Source: Desulfobacterales bacterium
Lineage (GTDB): Bacteria; Desulfobacterota; Desulfobacteria; Desulfobacterales; UBA2245
NCBI GenBank assembly: GCA_040771865.1
Contig: JAXGZF010000008.1
Location: 20,722-84,721 of the forward strand
Reading direction: 5' to 3'
Length of the DNA: 64,000 nt
The translations under genes and the position numbers were made by a program. Shown one piece after another: positions 23,501 through 29,500 of this stretch. The notes under the pieces were generated by a model that did not search any database, was not told the origin of the DNA, and saw only the letters and a list, made by a program, of their open reading frames with translations. Each line of letters starts with the position of its first letter. The stretch's first letter is position 1.

Positions 23501-26500
23501 CCGCGACCTGCGACAGAAGTGCTCTTGTTGATTTGCGAGCCGTCGGCAATATAGGCCGTCGTGTCAAGGTCGAGGACGTTGACAACGACAGCCGCCCCGA
23601 TACCCACCTCACCGGTGGTGGCGCCGCCGGCTATGGCCATGGCGGTGATGTCGAAGTCGAACAGATCGTAACCCAGGATCGTCAAGTTGAAGACAGCAGG
23701 ACCGAAATCGGTCTTTGCCGTCACCGACAGGGCACCCGTAGCATCGGCGTAGCCGGCAATGTAGGCCGTGGTCATAGGCTCATCGGTCGTGTCGCCATCG
23801 TCGTTCACATCAACGCCGTCAACGACGTTGATTGCCACCGATGCGCCTATGGCTGCGTCGCCGGTGCTAAACCCTGCACCAACGGCAAGGGCCTGGATAC
23901 GGAGATCGTTTTCAGCCCCCACCGTGAGGTCGCCATTGGAGATCAGTGTCGATCCATCCGCGGCCGATGCCTCGGTTCGGAACTTGATGATATTGATGGC
24001 CACTGAGCCTGCCACTCCGGCATCTCCCTGGCCGCCCCCCGCGGAGACACCCCAGGCGACGAAGTCGTTCGTCTCCTCCACATCGGCCGTCTCAGCGTCA
24101 TCGGTTATCGCTTCAATAGTGATATCACCGCCCTGGATGGTTGAGCCGGCGCTCACCGAAGCGACGTTTTCGGCGTGGACCCAGTTAAGGCCGACGGCCG
24201 CGGCTACATTGGTAGACTCGCTCTCCAGACTTACGGCATAGCCGACAGCCTTGGCCGTTGCATCCACCTCGGCCTGAGCGCTCACTGTGACATCGCCATC
24301 GGCGTAGATATCGGCTCCGCTCGCAACTGTGGCCGTGTTGTGGACTTTCACCACGTTGACGGCCACTGCTGCGGCCACACCGACACCGCTGGAGCCGGTG
24401 CCCGACTCGGAATTGGCGCTGCTGCTCGCGCTGCTCGACTCACCGCTCGCGCTTGGCAGGCTCTGGCTGCCCCTCTCCCTCGTGACGTTCGAGCTGTTCG
24501 TCTGGCCGCTGGCCTCATTGTCGGCATTGTCACCGCTGCTGTCCGCGCCGCCGGCACTCGCCTTCACCTCAATGGTGCTCTCTACGTCTGCCGTCGCTTC
24601 GATGGTGACACTGCCGTTAGCGTCTGCGAGAAAGCCAAGATTCCGGGCGAGTTCGGCGGTCGCGGTCTCATCCACCACGGCTACCGCCACCGACACGCCA
24701 ACGCCCACATCACCCGCGACATCGGCATCCGCCTTGGTGGTTACGGTACTTGTATGGTCTGACTTGATCACCGCATTGCCGGTAAAAGGAATGGTGTAAC
24801 CAATAGTATCAGTGCCTATGCGGGCAATGGTTTGATTGTCAACGAGGACCACGGAGACGCTGGCAGTTACTGCGACGTCATCGCCCGCCGCGCCGTTCGA
24901 CGCCTCGGTGATTGTCGTGTAATCGCCCAGTGCTTCGATACTGATGTCCGTCGGTTTGCCGCCGTCGTAACCGATGATGTGCGCGCCGTCCTCCACCTTT
25001 GCCCAGGTCAGATTGTCGATGATCGCGATCGACACCGAGGCGCCGACGCCCACATCGCCGGATGCCCCGCCGCCTGCCGGTTTTGCCGTGGTCGTGCTCT
25101 CCGTGATTGAATCAGCACCTACTGTCAGTGCGCCGTTGTCTATCCCCACCGTAGCCCCGTCAAGGATTTCCGCCTTGGTAAACGCATCGACGATGTTGAT
25201 CGCTACCGATCCCGCTATTCCAACGTCCTTGGCGCCCGCACCGGAAATGGCCTCGGCCTTGAAGGTATGGGTCTGGGGATCAGCCTCGCCGTCCCTGGCT
25301 TCCATGTCGGCGATGATGGAAAGACCCGCCGCATATACGGTCGTATCGGCCGCAATATATGCCGTGTTGACAAGGTCTGGCAGATTTACGACCACTGCGG
25401 CGCCGATGCCTACATCCAGGCCGGTCGCGCCGATGGCAAATTTATGTTTGGTTCCGGATCCCGTACTCGTCAGGTCGCGAACCCCTGTGCCTGCCTCCGC
25501 ATGTTCTTTTGTGTCGGAAAGTTTGATATGGTTGTCATCGACCTTGATGACATAGTAGGTGGTGTCGTTGGTGAGGCCACCGATGGCTGTGTCGGTGAGC
25601 CCGCCTTTGCTGTACTTGACGGCATCACCCGTCCTCAATTTGTGATTTTCAAGGGTAATGGTTTCAGCACTGGAATCAGTATTGATGACGCCCGCCGCCT
25701 GGGGATCGAAGGTGATCTGTGCGGCCGCGGCCCTACCGTCCGCAATTCCAATCACATCCGCATTGGCGCCCGAATGGATGTCAAGCGAACCGGCCGCGGT
25801 CAGGTTGGCCAGAACCGCCGCCTGGGCCGTCACATCCGATGTATTGACGGCAATGGCCGCCGCGATGCCGACAGCCCCGTCACTCGTGCTGGCGCTGGTG
25901 TCCGTGTCCGTGCCCGAATCCCGGCCGCGCCCCGCGCTGCTGCCCGAGGAAGAGGCGGTTGTGGTGGCATGGTCCCTCTGGGCGCTCGTTTGCCCATCGG
26001 CGGTTGTGCTGCCGCCGGTGCTCCCCGACTTCACCCCCATGGCGCTCGCCTTGGCCGTGGTTTCGACCCTGGCTTCGGTCGTCGCCTCTATCTTTGATAC
26101 ATCCGTACCGCCCACGGTAAGGGCGCGCTCGGAGGTGGCAAAGGTCTCATCGTCCGTAATGGCGATGGCAATGGCGGCGCCTATGCCCACGTCCTTGCCG
26201 GCAGCCTCGCCATCGGCCGTGGTGAACACGGTGCCGCTTACCTCGGCGGCCTGGATCGTGAGCTCACCGCCGATCGTTGTCGCGGCACCGGTCCCGAGAC
26301 GGGCCGTCGCAATCGAGTCGGCAATCGTAATCGCCACGGCGCCGCCTATGGCGACGTCAGATGCAGCGCCCGCCTGAGCCTTTGTCCTTGTTGTGGGCGA
26401 GGTGGCGGCGGTGATATCGAGATCATCCGCATGGGTGAGAACCGCACCCGGCGTGAGGATTGTGATTTCGTCGACATCAAGGATATTGCCCTCGATCTCG

Positions 26501-29500
26501 GCCGTGGCGGCCGTATCGACGATGTTCAGGGCCACGGAAAGGCCCACGCCGGCATCCGCCTTCCCCGTCACCGTCGAATTGGCAACGCCCACGGTGGCGC
26601 CGATGCTCTGAGCATTTAGAAGCACGCTGCCACCGTCGGCGCCGTCATCGGTGCCGTCGGCATCTACCACTGCGCCCGACTTGATCAACGCGCTGGTCTT
26701 GTTGTCCACGATATTGAGGGCCAGGGAACCGGCCACGCCCACATCCTTCGCCCCGGCGCCCGAGGTGGCCTCAGCCAGGTAAGTGTTGAGCTTGATCAGC
26801 TTGTGGGTGGAACTCTCCGCCTTCGTCAGGTCCACCACCTTCACCGCCGACGCATCGGCCGTCGATTTGGCAAGCATCACCTTGTTCGGATCGCTGTCGT
26901 CGACGATAACGTAGTAGATCTCCCCATCCGTCAAGCCGCCCACCGCCTCTCCCGTACCCTTTCTGTAGAGGATCAGGTCTCCGGTCTTGAGGCCGTGGTC
27001 TTCACCGAGGTCGATGGTCTCGTGAAAGTGGACCAGTTTGTGCCCTGTTCCCGTGGTCTCGGTGACATTAATATCTATTGCCGTACCGGCCTGGGCATCT
27101 TTATAGGATTTCGCCAGCTTGATCGTATTGTCATCCACCCGGATGATGTAATAGACGGTCCCGCTTTTCAGGTTCCCGACCGGCTTGTCCGAATCGATCC
27201 CGGTTCTGTATTCAACCACGTCTCCCGTCGTGAAACCGTGGCCGGTGATCGAGATGGTGTCGTTGTCCGCGTTAACCACGTCGGTGGCCTTGGGATCAAA
27301 CGTCTTTTCCGTCCTGGAGTCATCGACGGAGGTGGAGGCGTCGAACTCTATTTCTGTTGCCGTTTGCGTTGCCTGAATGGTGACACCCTCTGCCTGAACC
27401 GTGGCATCGCCGATATAGGCCTCGTTGACGATATCGACCTTGTTGACCGAGACAGCCGCGCCGACCCCTACATCGGTCTTTTTCGGATCAACGGCGCTTC
27501 CGTCGGCCAGGGCATAGGCGCTCGCATCATTCGCGGTGGTGAGAGACAGGGACCCCCCGGCGCTGATGGTGACATCATCCGGGATATAGGCCCTTGCCGT
27601 GGAATCCGTCAAATTGATGCCGATGGCCGCGGCAACCGACACAGCACCGCCCGAGGAACTGGCGGACGGGGTCTGTCTGTCACCGGAACCTCTGGCGCTT
27701 CGTGAGGCGGCCGTGGCATCCGCGCCTGACCGCTGACTCGAAGCTTCGGAATCAACGGTACTGCCACCGGACGAACTGTTTGTACGCCCTCCCTTGGCAC
27801 TTGCCTTGGCATCAGACTTGCTCGAACCGGAAGAGGTCGCTTCGAAGCTGATATTGCCGCCGGCCGTGATCGAACGGGCCGTGGTAGCAACTGCCCAATC
27901 CCCCAACAGTGTCAAGGCCAGGGATGCGCCGATGGCTGCATCCCCCGTTGATGTAGTATCGCCCTCAGCCTTGGTGGATGCCGTACTGCTGTGATCCGCC
28001 GTTACAGCCAGATCGCCTGCGAGAGAAAGCGCGCCGGAAGCCGCCCCAATCTGAGCGATCGTGTCATTGTTCGCCAGGGAAATCGCCACGACGGGCGTAA
28101 TGGCAATACCGCCTGCCGCCCCACCCTTCGCCTGAGTGGTCATCTTGTGACTGCCCGTGGCGGATAGGGTTATATCATTGGCATTTGTGACAATGGCGCC
28201 CGCCGTTTCAAGAGCATCGTACTCATCTAAAATATCTCCGCCTATTTGAGCCCTCACCACATTGTCGCCGATATTCAGGGCAACCGACGCCCCGATCCCG
28301 ACGCTCTCGCCGGTGGCCGCCTCCTTGGGCGTCACCGTGGCGGTAATCTGTGTCTTGGACGAAGCCTTGAGGGTCAGATTCGCATCATTGAGGTCCACGA
28401 CCGCTCCTGACGCCACATAGGCTTCGGCGTTGGTCTGTATGAGATTCATGGCAAACGCGCCTGCAACGCCCACGCTACTGGCCGCGCTCGCACCCGATGC
28501 CGCCTCAGCGATAAAACTGCTTGCCTTTTCGGTAAGGGTATGGCTACCAGAAGCGGAACCGACCGTGAGATCAATGGCGATGCCCTTTTTTGCGTTATCC
28601 TTTGAGGAAGCGAGTCTCACCTTGGTGGGTTCAGTTTGGGTAAGTGTGTGGTGATCCCCCGAACCTGTGGAGGTCAGATCAATGGCCGTGCCGGCCTCCG
28701 CATTGCTTGCGCTGGCGGCAAGCTTCACCTTTGTCAGCTCTCCTTCAACGGCAATGACATAATAGGTCTTCCCGTCGTCCAGTCCGCCGATATCAGTTCC
28801 CCCGCCATTATCGTAGATCACCCTGTCACCGGTCTTCAGGCCGTGATTCGAACCCAGATCGATGGTTTCATCGTCTGCGTCTGTATCGACTACATCCGTT
28901 CCTGATGGATTAAAAGTAAACCGCTGAGGGTCCACGGCAATAATATAGTAGGTGTCTCCGTCGGTCAGACCACTGATAGCGGTTCCGCCGCCGGCGCTGT
29001 AAATCACCGTGTCGCCTGTCTGGAAGCCGTGGGGCAAACTGAGGTCGATGGTTTCATGGAAGCGGGTGAGCTTGTGGTCGTCTCCGGTTCCCGTACCGGT
29101 CAGGTCAATGGCCGTACCCGCCCTGGCGTCTTTTGCTGTCTTTGCGAGCTTGACCTTATCGTTTCCGTCGAGAATCACATAGTACACGTTCCCGCTGGTC
29201 AAACCGCCGATGCTCTGGTTCGTGCCGCCGCCATTGTCGTACAGAACGACGTCCCCGGTCTGGAAACCATGGTCCGTGCCGATGGTAATAGTTTCATGTC
29301 CGCTGGCAATATCCACCGCAGATGAATTGAACGTTTTTTCCGTCCGGGCGCCATCGACAATATCGGATGGATCGAACTCCCACTCCCGGCCATCTATGGT
29401 TGCCTTGGCTGTTACCGCATCCGCCGCAGTCAGGTCCGCCGTGCCGCCGATGTAGGCCCTGCTGTCCACGTCCGCGAAGTTGAGCCCTACAGCGACGCCG

